Positions 40,101 through 48,137 are shown, counted from the first letter of the stretch. The stretch is DNA of 64,000 nucleotides from Angustibacter luteus (GCF_039541115.1 NZ_BAABFP010000008.1:186001-250000); one strand, 5' to 3'. The notes: a model not told the origin generated them from the sequence alone. Made by a program: numbers and translations.

Positions 40101-41173
40101 TAGCCGCCACCCTCGCGCGGCCCGGTGGAGAACTGCTTGTCGACCTTCGGGGTGGTGTCCAGGATCAGGATGTTGTCCCACGCGGAGTCGTTGCCGCTCC
40201 CGGAGTTCGTCAGGTTCTGCAGGCGCAGCCGCAGCGAGTTCCCGGTCGCGCGGATCGGGGTGTCGCCCAGGAAGGTGCCGGTCCGGGTCATGCGCGCGTT
40301 GGCATTCCCACCGATCTGCACGGTCTGCGCCGGGTCGCAGACGTTCGGGATGGTGCTGAACGCCGGTGAGCTGGTCCCGTCCTGCTGGATCATCGTGAAC
40401 TGCGGCCGGGCCACCGTCGCGCCGTTGATGCAGCTCATCGTGACCTCGTCCACTGAGAACGAGAAGTAGTGCCCTGGCGTGACGGGCAGTGGCTGCTTGA
40501 ACTCCAGCTCGGTCCCGTTGCCCGGGTTGCCGTTGGTGAACGCCGCAACCTGGTGGTTGTCCAGGTCGCTGGCGGGCTGCCCGGAGCCGGCGAGGAACGA
40601 CGTGTAGGGCCACGCCGCGCTGTGGACGTACGTCCCCATGTCGGCCGCCATGTAACGCAGCCGCGTCCAGAACTCGTTGGCAGGCGCGGTCGTGGCACAG
40701 GCAGCGGCCGAAGCGGCCGAGGGCAGCGGCGTCGTGGTGTCCGTCTTCGGGGTGGTGGCCCGCATGACCAACCCGTTGCAGAACTGCCCGTTCCACTGCG
40801 GGTCGGCCGTGTACGTCATCCCCGTGCGTCCGACGTACCCCGGCTGGAAGCCGGGCGAGCCAGGCGCGGCGCCGTTCGGGTAGTCCGCCAGGGTCTGCAC
40901 GAACGTCGAGGTGTTCTCCGTCGGGATGTTCTCGAAGTTCTCGAAGTACGACAGGCTCGGCGCCTCCATCACGCCCGGGCTGCCGGGCGCGGCCTGCGCC
41001 GGTGCGGGGTTAGCGACGTCCGCCGCGACGACGGCCACCGTCGCGAGACCGGTGGCCAGGGACGCGGCGAGCAGGGTGCCGACGGGCACGCAGGCGATCA
41101 GCCGACGTGCCCGGTTCGCGTCACGACCCCGGCGCGTCGACTCCCCGAACCTGCCCCGGTGCGCCGTCCGCAC
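31124..41173 (-). CDS. Giant (3349 aa) sortase-anchored surface protein: N-terminal head, propeller-like region, GEVED domain and 18 DUF11-like repeats
   Basis: Signal peptide ending PAQA, DFGDAP...GEVED, tandem 130-aa repeats, then LPRTG + TM + RRQRRIRVR tail. Confidence 0.93.
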   Translation of the reverse strand: MRTAHRGRFGESTRRGRDANRARRLIACVPVGTLLAASLATGLATVAVVAADVANPAPAQAAPGSPGVMEAPSLSYFENFENIPTENTSTFVQTLADYPNGAAPGSPGFQPGYVGRTGMTYTADPQWNGQFCNGLVMRATTPKTDTTTPLPSAASAAACATTAPANEFWTRLRYMAADMGTYVHSAAWPYTSFLAGSGQPASDLDNHQVAAFTNGNPGNGTELEFKQPLPVTPGHYFSFSVDEVTMSCINGATVARPQFTMIQQDGTSSPAFSTIPNVCDPAQTVQIGGNANARMTRTGTFLGDTPIRATGNSLRLRLQNLTNSGSGNDSAWDNILILDTTPKVDKQFSTGPREGGGYPLGATGKLTFTVTNTYNPLAPTQSSGPKLGWSFTDAMPAGLQVKQPLAFTTTCANGAMTGTPSSLSATGDLSGANVNSCTFTVDVTSNTAGTYTNGPSNVTTSGLLAPGSTSITFLPPPAPGSCPTDATLWQSPATGQTTNVKTVNLVTGVTNAGATVAGAKINSVGYNVTDGNYYGYIQAGDAGGQALVRISPDFSTVTNLGAPDVSSTGFPLSDFGTMNTGDVSPAGIWYGRTNTPTNARWLAVDVNPGSPTYLQTVGGGQTGTGNANQVFGADWSFNPADGNLYSVGYNANTFNAQVFRFDPRTGTTTLVASPGRLTAPNGVNSQQTNDPQMGATYADSNGYLYAANNGTGHTWRINMNNPTDISFFSYGPASNQNDGARCVNAPLPLDFGDAPDSYTTTLNSGGPLHQVTRTAGGAPSVMIGSTVTLENDGRPSAAANLDSDDAFPANPVYNRAAGTISQAVPITNNAGQPATLAGWIDFNNNGTFDSAEAAVTSAGTTTHSVTLTWTVPAGVTPPVSSYLRLRVSLDTAPAAAALALAVTDVGLGAVSGEVEDWQVGFATPGLQITKSAAPSQAIPGGKVTYTVRVTNTGQVPYTSTTPATFTDNLATVLDDATYNGDASASAGTATFASPTLSWSGPLAVGATATITYSVTVSNPLTGNGILSNAVTGPPESNCAVPTSVGCTTTTPVRALTIVKTSGAAGVLRPGDSVGYTVRVTNSGKVAYTVGDPATFTDSLAAVLDDATYNGDAAASAGTVSFATPNLSWTGPLAPGATATITYSVTVNAPVSGDGVLTNGVRGPPESTCAVATSSGCAVRLGVRALTIVKTPTPGSAAPGDTVTYSVVVTNSGGVAYTAADPARFSDDLTAVLDDATYNGDGAASAGTVSFASPTLSWSGALAVDAVATITYSVTVKDPDPGDGALRNAVTGPPESSCAAPTAGGCTTTTPVLARGLRIAKTSSPTGQVLPGRTVTYTVRVTNTGEIDYTAAHLATFSDDLTAVLDDATWNGDATASAGTATFARPRLSWSGPLAVGATATITYSVTVNNPLTGNGTLTNAVTGPPESTCAVPTAAGCTTMTLVRALQIEKSSAPTGQVAPGGVVTYTVRVTNTGQVPYTAAAPATFSDDLTAVLDDARYNGDATASAGTATFATPKLSWSGALAPGATATITYSVTVNDPLSGNGTLTNAVTGPPESSCADPTADGCTTTTLVRALQIVKRSAPSGSTTPGGTVTYTVTVTNTGQVAYTAVDPATFSDELTAVLDDATYNGDAVASAGAVVFNDPTITWSGPLAPGGDATITYSVTVNDPLSGDGTLTNAVTGPPESTCAESTVDGCSTTTLVQALQITKTASPTGDVTPGGTVTYTVTVTNTGQVAYTAADPADFSDDLSAVLDDATYNGDAAANPGTPTYTAPTLGWSGALEPGAVATITYSVTVNDPVSGDGTLTNAVTGPPESTCADPTADGCTTTTSVRALEITKTSTPTGEVVPGSVVTYTVQVTNTGGVDYTAVDPATFSDDLTAVLDDATYDGNATADVGTAAFNDPSLSWSGPLAAGDDATITYSVTVNDPVTGDGRLTNAVTGPPESTCADPTADGCSTTTPVRALTITKTASPAGQVTPGGVVTYTVAVTNSGQVAYTTADPATFSDDLTAVLDDATWNDDAAASTGTASFTTPVLTWSGPLVAGATATITYSVTVNDPLTGDGTLTNAVTGPPESTCPDATTDGCTTTTPVRSLSIVKTASPAGAVTPGGTVTYTVTVTNSGQSAYPAADPATFSDELTAVLDDASYNGDAAATAGTVAFNDPTLTWSGALAPGDDATITYSVTVNDPLTGDGTLTNAVTGPPESTCADPTADGCTTSTAVQSLSIVKASSPTGTVTPGGVVTYTVRVTNTGQVPYTATDPATFADDLSAVLDDATWNDDAVASAGTATFATPALSWSGALAPGDEATITYSVTVNDPLSGDGTLTNAVTGPPESTCADPTDDGCTTTTLLQSLEISKTSSPTGEVTPAGTVTYSVTVTNTGQAPYTAADPATFSDDLSAVLDDAAYNGDAVASTGTAAFATPALSWSGALAPGDEATITYSVTVNDPLSGDGTLTNAVTGPPESTCADPTDDGCSTTTQVRALQIVKTSSPTGEVTPTGKVTYTVKVTNTGQVPYTATEPATFSDDLSAVLDDATYNDDAAASAGTVSFATPTLSWSGPLAAGATATITYSVTVNDPPSGDGTLTNAVTGPAESTCADPTAAGCTTTTLVRALQITKTAAPTGEVLPGGVVTYTVVVTNSGGAAYTAGEPATFADDLSDVLDDAAYDGNAAASAGTATYTAPTLSWSGPLAVDASATITYSVTVNDPVTGDGLITNAVTGPPESSCADGDGPGCTTTTPVRSLTIVKTSEPSDEVAVGDSVLYTVKVTNSGQVPYTATDPATFDDDLTAVLDDATWDDTAAASAGEVSFTDPTLSWSGALDVGATATVTYSVTVDDPTPGDGTLTNAVTGPPESTCGDPTAAGCTTEMPVLTRGLDIVKSQSARPTVGPGETIAYTVTVTNSGQVAYTPVHPASFSDDLTDVVDDATWGDDATASAGVVAYSAPTLRWAGPLAVGATATVTYSVTVNDPLTGNGTLTNAVTGPPESTCADPTVDGCTVTAAIRALRMAKAQQPSGDVVPGDVVTYTLTAENIGAVPYVVPESAKLTDRLTDVLDDASWNGDLQASLGRVGVEGEVIGWDGSLDPGDTVTITYSVTVKPPGAGNGRLPNVLVGPPDSNCPVPLAEGARVLQSRPLAAAADAPLDPDCSTEATVLEPGLTITKTASPTGSVDPGDTVRYTVEVVNSGEIDYTATDPATITDDLTGVLDDATYNGSASASSGTTGYTEPLLTWSGALAVGASATITYSVTVGDPPAGDAVLGNVVTGPDASNCSDGTADACRTLTPIVLGGSEEPGPPSTPGTPSEPASGLPRTGADVLVMGWLALALLLSGAVCVVAAQRRQRRIRVR
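31315..38403 (-). repeat. 18 tandem coding repeats of about 390 nt (130 aa)
   Basis: GTCGACTCCG recurs at 33771, 34161, 34551, 34941, 35331, 35721 and 36111, an exact 390-nt period. 18 L-x-I/M-x-K...N...C...C units counted in the translation. Confidence 0.93.
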
Positions 41174-41415
41174 GTCCCTGCCTCCGCGCGTCCCAGCCGA
41201 AGGACAGACGGGCGTACCCCGTACGCGGTGTCGTCCGTGAAACGGCTGGAAACTCGTTGAAGCGTCCCGCGTGACAGAAGGGATGTAAAGGGGTACTTGC
41301 CATCAGAAGTGACTGCAGGAGTATTGGATCTTCGGCAACCGGCTGAGCCCCTGGCGGGAATGCCTCGGCGGTGGGCAGGCTTAGCCCTCTCGCGGAACGC
41401 GAAAGGGGACTGCCG

Positions 41416-43281
41416 GTGTCGACGCCGTGGCTGACCGTCCGCAACACCCCGGTGCGCGAGTTCATCCGAACCGAGACCGGCAGTGCCGCCCTGCTGGTGG
41501 CCGCGATCGCGGCCGCCCTGGGCTGGGTGGCGATGATGCCGGCGGCGTACGAGAGCTTCTGGTCCACCCGGATCGCGTTCTCGATCGGTGACGCCGAGAT
41601 CGCCCAGGACCTGCGCGGCTGGGTCAACACCGGCCTGATGACCTTCTTCTTCCTGGTGATCGGCCTGGAGGCCCGGCGCGCACTCGACATCGGCGAGCTA
41701 CGAGCCCGCAGCCGCACCGTGCTGCCGGTGCTGGCCGGGCTGGCCGGCATGGCGGCGGCCGCCGGGGTCTTCCTGGTCGTCACGGCCGGGACCGACGCGA
41801 CCCACGGGTGGGGCGTGGCCATCTCGACCGACACCGCCTTCGCGCTCGGCATGCTGGCGCTGCTGCGCGCACAGCCGGCCGGGCGGCTGCGCACCTTCCT
41901 GCTGACCGTGCTGGTGGTGGACGACGTCGCCGCGCTGCTGGTCATCGCGTTCTTCTACAGCGAGGACGTCAGCCTGTGGCCGTTGCTGGTCGCGGTCGCG
42001 CTGTTCGGCGTCATCGCGGCCGGCGTGCTCACCCGGCGCCGGCACGGCGTCACGTACACGCTGCTGTCCATCGCGGTCTGGGCCTTCCTGTTCGAGTCCG
42101 GCGTGGACCCGCTGGTGCTCGGCCTCGCGCTGGGCCTCCTGCTGTACGCGCACCCCGTCGAGCCGGACGCCCTCGAGGTGGCCAGCGAGCGGTTCCGGTC
42201 GTTCCGGGAGCAGCCGACGTCCGAGCTGGCGCGCGAGGCGCAGCTCGGCCTGCGGTTCGCGGTCTCCCCCAACGAGCGGCTGCAGAACCTGTTCCACCCG
42301 TGGACGAGCTACGTGGTCGTGCCGGTCTTCGCGCTCGCCAACGCCGGCATCGTGCTGAGCGGTGACGCCTTGGACGATGCGCTGCACTCCCGGATCAGCT
42401 GGGGCATCGTGCTCGGCTTCGTGGTCGGCAAGCCGCTGGGCATCCTGGTCACCGCTGGGCTGGTGCGGGCCATGACTCGCGGACGCCTGCAGCCGTCGGT
42501 CGGCTGGGGCGCCGTGGCCGGGGGCGCTGCCAGCACGGGCGCCACCTTCACGGTCTCGCTGCTCATCGCGGCGCTGGCGTTCGACGGCGACCAGCTCGAG
42601 GAGGCGAAGATCGGGGTGCTGGCCGCGACGGTCCTCGCCACCGTGGTGTCCTGGCTCGTCTTCCGGGTGGTCGCTGCGCTGCCGACGCAGCTCCGCAACC
42701 GCGCGATGTACGGCGCCGTGCCCGCGCTGACGGACCTGACCGAGCCCGTGGACCCGGACCGCGACCACATCCGCGGGCCGGTGGACGCACCCGTGACGCT
42801 CGTCGAGTACGGCGACCTGGAGTGCCCCTTCTGCGGCCAGGCGGAGGAGGCGGTCCGTGAGCTGCTGACCGGGTGCACGGACGTCCGCTACGTCTGGCGG
42901 CACCTGCCGCTGCGTGACGTGCACCCGCGTGCGCAGCAGGCCGCCGTCGCGACCGAGGCCGCCGCGCGGCAGGGCCAGTTCTGGCCGATGCGCGACCTGC
43001 TGCTGACCCGGCAGGACGCGCTGGCCCCGCGCCAGCTCATCGCGTACGCCGGCGAGCTCGGGTTGGACGTTGAGCAGTTCGTCGCCGACCTCAAGCACGG
43101 CAAGGGCTCGGCCCGGATCGACGCCGACGTGGAGGGCGCTGCGGCCAGCGGCGTCCGGGGGACGCCGACCTTCTTCGTGAACGGACGTCGGCACCACGGC
43201 GCCTTCGACCTGCCCGCGCTGCTCGGCTCGGTGGACGAGGCGAGGCGGACGCTGGGATTGACTCGCGGGTCAACAACGTAA
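41416..43281 (+). CDS. nhaA: Na+/H+ antiporter NhaA fused to a C-terminal DsbA/thioredoxin domain
   Basis: WVNTGLMTFFFLVIGLE, TDTAFALG, VDDV, FALANAG, GKPLGI, then EYGDLECPFC and GTPTFFVNG. Confidence 0.93.
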   Translation: MSTPWLTVRNTPVREFIRTETGSAALLVAAIAAALGWVAMMPAAYESFWSTRIAFSIGDAEIAQDLRGWVNTGLMTFFFLVIGLEARRALDIGELRARSRTVLPVLAGLAGMAAAAGVFLVVTAGTDATHGWGVAISTDTAFALGMLALLRAQPAGRLRTFLLTVLVVDDVAALLVIAFFYSEDVSLWPLLVAVALFGVIAAGVLTRRRHGVTYTLLSIAVWAFLFESGVDPLVLGLALGLLLYAHPVEPDALEVASERFRSFREQPTSELAREAQLGLRFAVSPNERLQNLFHPWTSYVVVPVFALANAGIVLSGDALDDALHSRISWGIVLGFVVGKPLGILVTAGLVRAMTRGRLQPSVGWGAVAGGAASTGATFTVSLLIAALAFDGDQLEEAKIGVLAATVLATVVSWLVFRVVAALPTQLRNRAMYGAVPALTDLTEPVDPDRDHIRGPVDAPVTLVEYGDLECPFCGQAEEAVRELLTGCTDVRYVWRHLPLRDVHPRAQQAAVATEAAARQGQFWPMRDLLLTRQDALAPRQLIAYAGELGLDVEQFVADLKHGKGSARIDADVEGAAASGVRGTPTFFVNGRRHHGAFDLPALLGSVDEARRTLGLTRGSTT

Positions 43282-43399
43282 TCACGACCTCTCGGACGCA
43301 AGCGACACCGATCGCCGACTCCGAGGTCGCGAGTCCTTGTGCGGGAGGCGATCCGGGCCTAGGTTCGGCGCCGCACCCTCCCTGCCGAAAGGAACGCCG

Positions 43400-44926
43400 A
43401 TGTCGTCGTCCGCATCACCGCAGGCCGCCTCCGGAGCCGCTGACGAGGAGCATCTCGCCGCCCTCGGGTACTCCGGCGAGCTGCAGCGCCACATGGGCCT
43501 GTGGTCCAACATGGCCCTGGGCTTCACCTACCTCTCGCCGCTGGTCGGCGTCTACTCGCTCTTCGCCTACAGCCTGTCCGTCGGCGGTCCGCCGTCCATC
43601 TGGTGGCTCGTCATCGTCGGCGCCGGGCAGCTGCTGGTCGCCCTGGTGTTCGGCGAGGTCGTCTCGCAGTACCCGTTGGCCGGTGGCATCTACCCGTGGA
43701 CGCGTCGGCTCTGGAACCGCCAGTACGCCTGGCTGGTGTCCTGGGTCTACATCTGGGCGATCATCGTCACCGTCACCGCGGTGGCCGAGTACGCCAGCGT
43801 GTTCGTGAGCGCCCTCTTCGAGATCGAGGCCACGCCCGCCGTCACGTTCCTGACCGTGGTGGTGCTGCTGGTGCTGGCGCTGGCGTTCAACTACAGCGGC
43901 ACCCGGATGCTCGGCCGCATCGCCCGCATCGGCCTCACCGCCGAGCTGGTCGGCGTGGTCGCGCTCGGCCTCTTCCTGCTGATCTTCAAGCGGGAGCAGC
44001 CCTTCTCGGTGTTCTTCGACCCGATGGGCGCCGGCGGCGACGCGGCCTACCTGGGCACCTTCCTGACGGCGGCGCTGGCCGGCCTGTTCCTGTTCTACGG
44101 CTTCGAGGCCTGCGGCGACGTCGCCGAGGAGGTCGCCGACCCCACCCGGCAGATCCCCAAGGCCATGATCCTGACCATCCTGGTCGGCGGCGTCTCGGGA
44201 CTCATGTCCTACGCCGGGTACGTCCTGGCCGCGCCCAACCTGCAGGACATCGTGGACGGCAAGGACACCGACCCGATCCCGTCCATCCTCGAGGACGCGC
44301 TGGGCAGCGCCGGCTCCAAGGTGTTCCTGTGCGTCGCCGTCATCGCGTTCATCTCGTGCGTGCTCTCGCTGCAGGCGGCCGGCAGCCGGCTGCTCTACGC
44401 GTTCGCCCGCGACCGGATGCTGCCCGGCAGCAGCTGGCTGGCCAAGGTCTCCGACCGGCACGCGGTGCCGACCAACGCGCTGCTCGTCGTCTGCCTCATC
44501 CCCGGCCTGATCGCGCTGTTCGTCTACTGGCGGCCGGACTCCCTGACCAAGGTGACCTCGTTCGCCGTCCTCGGCATCTACGTGGCGTTCCAGGCCGTCG
44601 TCCTGGCCGCGCTGCGTCAGCGTCTGCGCGGCTGGAAGCCGGCCGGGCTCTGGACGCTCGGTGCCTGGGGCATGGTGGTCAACGTCGCCGCCCTGGCGTA
44701 CGGCATCTTCGCGATGATCCTGCTGGTGCGTCCGGCGTCCGAGGGGCCGTTCGTGGACCGTTGGATCGTGCTCATCGGCCTCGCGATCGTGCTCGGTTCG
44801 GGCGCGCTCTACCTGGCGCTGGCCCGACCCGACCGCCACTCGTCGGAGGTCGCCGAGGGTGACGCCATCGAGGTCGCGGCGCACCTGCGCCAGATCCGCG
44901 CCGAGGCCGGCGTGGACCCGGCGTGA
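43400..44926 (+). CDS. APC-family amino acid/polyamine permease
   Basis: LGFTYLSPLVGVY, YPLAGGIYPW, YGFEACGDVAEE and SRLLYAFARD motifs. GAAAGGA RBS. Confidence 0.93.
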   Translation: MSSSASPQAASGAADEEHLAALGYSGELQRHMGLWSNMALGFTYLSPLVGVYSLFAYSLSVGGPPSIWWLVIVGAGQLLVALVFGEVVSQYPLAGGIYPWTRRLWNRQYAWLVSWVYIWAIIVTVTAVAEYASVFVSALFEIEATPAVTFLTVVVLLVLALAFNYSGTRMLGRIARIGLTAELVGVVALGLFLLIFKREQPFSVFFDPMGAGGDAAYLGTFLTAALAGLFLFYGFEACGDVAEEVADPTRQIPKAMILTILVGGVSGLMSYAGYVLAAPNLQDIVDGKDTDPIPSILEDALGSAGSKVFLCVAVIAFISCVLSLQAAGSRLLYAFARDRMLPGSSWLAKVSDRHAVPTNALLVVCLIPGLIALFVYWRPDSLTKVTSFAVLGIYVAFQAVVLAALRQRLRGWKPAGLWTLGAWGMVVNVAALAYGIFAMILLVRPASEGPFVDRWIVLIGLAIVLGSGALYLALARPDRHSSEVAEGDAIEVAAHLRQIRAEAGVDPA

Positions 44927-44947
44927 CGGGGCCTACTGACTGACGGG

Positions 44948-45142
44948 CTAGAGACCCATCCGGCGGATGCCGATGCTGCTGGCGGGTGAGATGTCGTTGG
45001 TGCTCACGCCCCAGCGCTTGAGGTTGTCCTCGTGCTCGTCCGTGTCGAGCTCGTCGGGCAGCGACGCCTCGGCCTCGGCTGCGTGGTCGTGGTGACCACG
45101 ACTCTTCAGCAGCTCGATGATGTGGTGCTTGTGGGTCTTCAT
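44948..45142 (-). CDS. Small His-rich hypothetical protein (64 aa)
   Basis: GAGGGGG RBS. K..IIELLKSRG....A.EA...LPDELDTD pattern resembles a small actinobacterial family. Confidence 0.7.
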   Translation of the reverse strand: MKTHKHHIIELLKSRGHHDHAAEAEASLPDELDTDEHEDNLKRWGVSTNDISPASSIGIRRMGL

Positions 45143-45182
45143 CTGCGTGGCCCCCTCGGGTGGCGTTCGACTCCTTCGAACG

Positions 45183-46820
45183 TTATGCCTCCCGAGGGGG
45201 TCGCGTCGATGGGTTGACTGGCCCGGTCTGACCGCGGCGCAGCGTGCGGCCCGGCAGGGCCTCGGTACGCCGCCCGGCCTCGATGACCGGCACGCCGTTC
45301 ACCAGCACCCACTCGATCCCGACCGACTGCTGGCGCGGGTCCTCGTACGTCGCCGCGTCCCGCACCGTGGCCGGGTCGAACAGCACCAGGTCGGCCGCAT
45401 AGCCCTCCCGGACCAGGCCGCGGTCGGTCAGGCCGAGTCGCTCGGCCGGCGTCCCGGTGAGGTGCCGGACGCACTCGGCCAGGTCCAGCACCCCCTCGTC
45501 GCGGACGTAGTGCCCGAGGTACCGCGGGAAGGTCCCCCAGGCCCGCGGGTGCGGCCGTGCCCCGACCACGATCGCGTCCGAGCCTCCGCAGTGCCGCGGG
45601 TGCGCCATGATCGTGCGGACGTTCGACTCGTCCCCCACGTGCTGCAGGATCGTCGTGGCAGCCCGGTCGGCGACGAGCAGCTCGAAGTACTCCTCGACCG
45701 GACGCCGCCCGGACGCCGCGCCGAGCTCGGCGATCGTCCGACCGACCGCGTCCGACGCGGCCGGGTCACGCACCCCGCTGACCTGGATCGTCGTCCAGTC
45801 GACCGGGCAACCATGGCATCCGTCGGTACCGTCGACCTCGAGCTCGCGGGTCAGTCGCTCGCGGATGGCCGGGTCCTGAAGCCGTTGCAGCAGAGCGGGT
45901 GTCCCCCCGCCGAGTGCCCAGCTGGGCAGCAGCGCGCTCAACGTGGTGGAGCCGGCCAGGTACGGGTACGTGTCCAAGGTGACGTCGACGCCGTCGGCCA
46001 GCGCGTCGTCCACCAGGGCCAGCAGCTCGGCGGCTCGGCCTCGGTTCGGCTCGAAGTTCATCGTCGCGTGGGTCAGGTGCAACGCGCAGCCCGACCGGCG
46101 CGCGACGTCCACCATCTCCGCGTACGCCTCGAGCGCTCCGGCGCCGTACGAGCGGGTGTGCGGGCTGTAGTAGCCGCCGTGCTCAGCCACCACCGTGCAC
46201 AGCGCGACGAGCTCCTCGGTGTCGGCGAACATCCCCGGCGGGTACGTGAGCCCGCTGCTCATCCCCAGCGCACCCTCGGTCAGGCCCTGGCGCAGCAGCC
46301 GGACCATCACCGCCAGCTCGGCTGCCGTCGCGGGCCGGTTCTCGTCGCCCATCGCCAGCAGCCGCAGGTTCCCCTGCGGCACCAGGTAGCCGACGTTGCA
46401 GGCGATGCCCTGGTCCAGCCGGTCCAGGTAGCCCGCCACCGAGTCCCACTGCTCCTCGACGCCCCCGGTCTGCCCGTTCCACCCCGCGATCTGGTCCTGC
46501 AGCCGGGCCCGCACCGCCGCGTCCACCGGGGCGAACGAGAGCCCGTCCTGGCCCAGCACCTCCGTGGTGACGCCCTGGCTCACCTTGGCCGTGTGGGCCG
46601 AGTTCGCGAGGATCTGCAGGTCCGAGTGGGCGTGCAGGTCGATGAAGCCGGGGCACAGGACCAGTCCGTCCGCGTCGATGGTGCGGCTGGCACTGGGCGC
46701 CGCGCCGACCCCGCCGATCGAGGCGATCGAACCGCCGTCGACGGCGACGTCCGCGACGGTGCCCGGTGCGCCCGTGCCGTCCAGGACGGTGGCGGCTCGG
46801 ATCAGGAGGTCGACCGGCAC
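45183..46820 (-). CDS. N-acyl-D-amino-acid deacylase (D-aminoacylase)
   Basis: PGFIDLHAHSD, QGVTTEVLGQDG, YPYLAGST, HPRAWGTFPR and ADLVLFDP motifs. Confidence 0.95.
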   Translation of the reverse strand: MPVDLLIRAATVLDGTGAPGTVADVAVDGGSIASIGGVGAAPSASRTIDADGLVLCPGFIDLHAHSDLQILANSAHTAKVSQGVTTEVLGQDGLSFAPVDAAVRARLQDQIAGWNGQTGGVEEQWDSVAGYLDRLDQGIACNVGYLVPQGNLRLLAMGDENRPATAAELAVMVRLLRQGLTEGALGMSSGLTYPPGMFADTEELVALCTVVAEHGGYYSPHTRSYGAGALEAYAEMVDVARRSGCALHLTHATMNFEPNRGRAAELLALVDDALADGVDVTLDTYPYLAGSTTLSALLPSWALGGGTPALLQRLQDPAIRERLTRELEVDGTDGCHGCPVDWTTIQVSGVRDPAASDAVGRTIAELGAASGRRPVEEYFELLVADRAATTILQHVGDESNVRTIMAHPRHCGGSDAIVVGARPHPRAWGTFPRYLGHYVRDEGVLDLAECVRHLTGTPAERLGLTDRGLVREGYAADLVLFDPATVRDAATYEDPRQQSVGIEWVLVNGVPVIEAGRRTEALPGRTLRRGQTGPVNPSTRPPREA

Positions 46821-46826
46821 GAGGGC

Positions 46827-48137
46827 TCAGAACCGGGTGCGGATCAGGTCGACCACCATCGGGTCGTCGGCATCCGCGTCGTCCAGCACCGGGATCAGGC
46901 CCCACTTGTCGAACGCGGTGCAGGGGTGCGAGAGGCCCAGCCGCAGCACGTCCCCCACCTGGACCGGCGCCGGTCGCCGCGCGTCGAAGGACAGGAAGCC
47001 GTGCTGGTCGTTGAGCGCCGTCACCTCGATGCCGTCCAGCGGTGCCCCGCCGGCCAGCCGCTGCACCGTCGGCAGCCCCTCGTCGAACGGTAGGTCTCGC
47101 TTGCCGGCGTCGAAGATCGCCGTGCCGACCTCTGGCTGCGAGGTCACCCGCACCCAGCCGTGCATGGCGGACGTGAGGCGCCCGCCGTCCGCCCGCGGCT
47201 CCTCGCCGAGCGGGCTGATGTGCCGGTAGAAGCCGTCGTCGTGCACCAGGTAGGCCCCCGAGCGCAGCACCACGTCGACCCCGTCGGAGCCGAGCGACCC
47301 GAGCACCTCGGCGACCAGCTCGAAGTAGGCGCTGCCGCCGGCCGTCACGACCGGCCGCACGCCGGTCGGGTACAGCCCCTCGGCCGCCACGCTGCGGTGC
47401 AGGTCGCCCAGCTCCCGCAGGTAGTCCCGGACGACGGCCAGGCCCGCCGCGTCGCTGTCGTGCGCCAGCGCACCCTCGTAGCCGGCGACGCCGGCCAGCC
47501 GCAGGTGCGCCGACCGCGCGATCGCCCGGGCCACCTCGATCGCGGACGCCGCATCGCGCGCACCGGTGCGCCCGCCCGGGCCGCCCAGCTCGACCAGGAC
47601 GTCGACCGGTCGGCCGTCGTCCGTGGCCAGGGCGTCGTCCCCGAGCGCGGCGTCCATGGCTGCGACGGCGTCGACCGAGTCCGCCCAGACGCTGACGTCG
47701 AGGTCGGCGTCGGCGGCCAGCTCGCCGGCCAGCCAGCGCAGCCCGGGCGGCGACAGCAGCAGGTTCGCCACCATGATCTGCCGCACCCCGAAGGCGCGCG
47801 CCACCGCGAGCTGGCTCAGGTTGGCGACCGTGATCCCCCGGGCACCGGCGGCCAGCTGGCGGGCCCACAGCTGCGGCGCCATCGTCGTCTTGCCGTGCGG
47901 CGCCAGGCCGAGGCCGCGCTCGGCGGCCCAGCGTGCCAGCAGCTCGATGTTCGCGCCGAGGGCCCGCTCCGACAAGGTGAGCAAGGGCGTCGGCAGGTCG
48001 GACCGGCGAAGCCCGAGCGCCACCACCTCGGCCGGCGTCCGGCCCCAGCAGGACGCCGGGAGCGCCTTGTCCTGGGGTCCGACCGCGATGGCGGCGAGCC
48101 GGGCCACTGCGTGGGAGTCGATCAACTCGGGCATCAC
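46827..48137 (-). CDS. DSD1-family PLP enzyme (D-serine deaminase/D-glucosaminate dehydratase-like, alanine racemase fold)
   Basis: LAPHGKTTMAP (PLP lysine), GRTG, AGYEG, LRSGAY, DAGKRD, NDQH, SHPCTAFDKW. Start at 48137 or 48134. Confidence 0.92.
   Translation of the reverse strand: MMPELIDSHAVARLAAIAVGPQDKALPASCWGRTPAEVVALGLRRSDLPTPLLTLSERALGANIELLARWAAERGLGLAPHGKTTMAPQLWARQLAAGARGITVANLSQLAVARAFGVRQIMVANLLLSPPGLRWLAGELAADADLDVSVWADSVDAVAAMDAALGDDALATDDGRPVDVLVELGGPGGRTGARDAASAIEVARAIARSAHLRLAGVAGYEGALAHDSDAAGLAVVRDYLRELGDLHRSVAAEGLYPTGVRPVVTAGGSAYFELVAEVLGSLGSDGVDVVLRSGAYLVHDDGFYRHISPLGEEPRADGGRLTSAMHGWVRVTSQPEVGTAIFDAGKRDLPFDEGLPTVQRLAGGAPLDGIEVTALNDQHGFLSFDARRPAPVQVGDVLRLGLSHPCTAFDKWGLIPVLDDADADDPMVVDLIRTRF

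Noticed and set aside
41344..41362. TGAGCCCCTGGCGGGAATG upstream of nhaA as a palindromic box
   Set aside because: Too degenerate to separate from GC-rich background.
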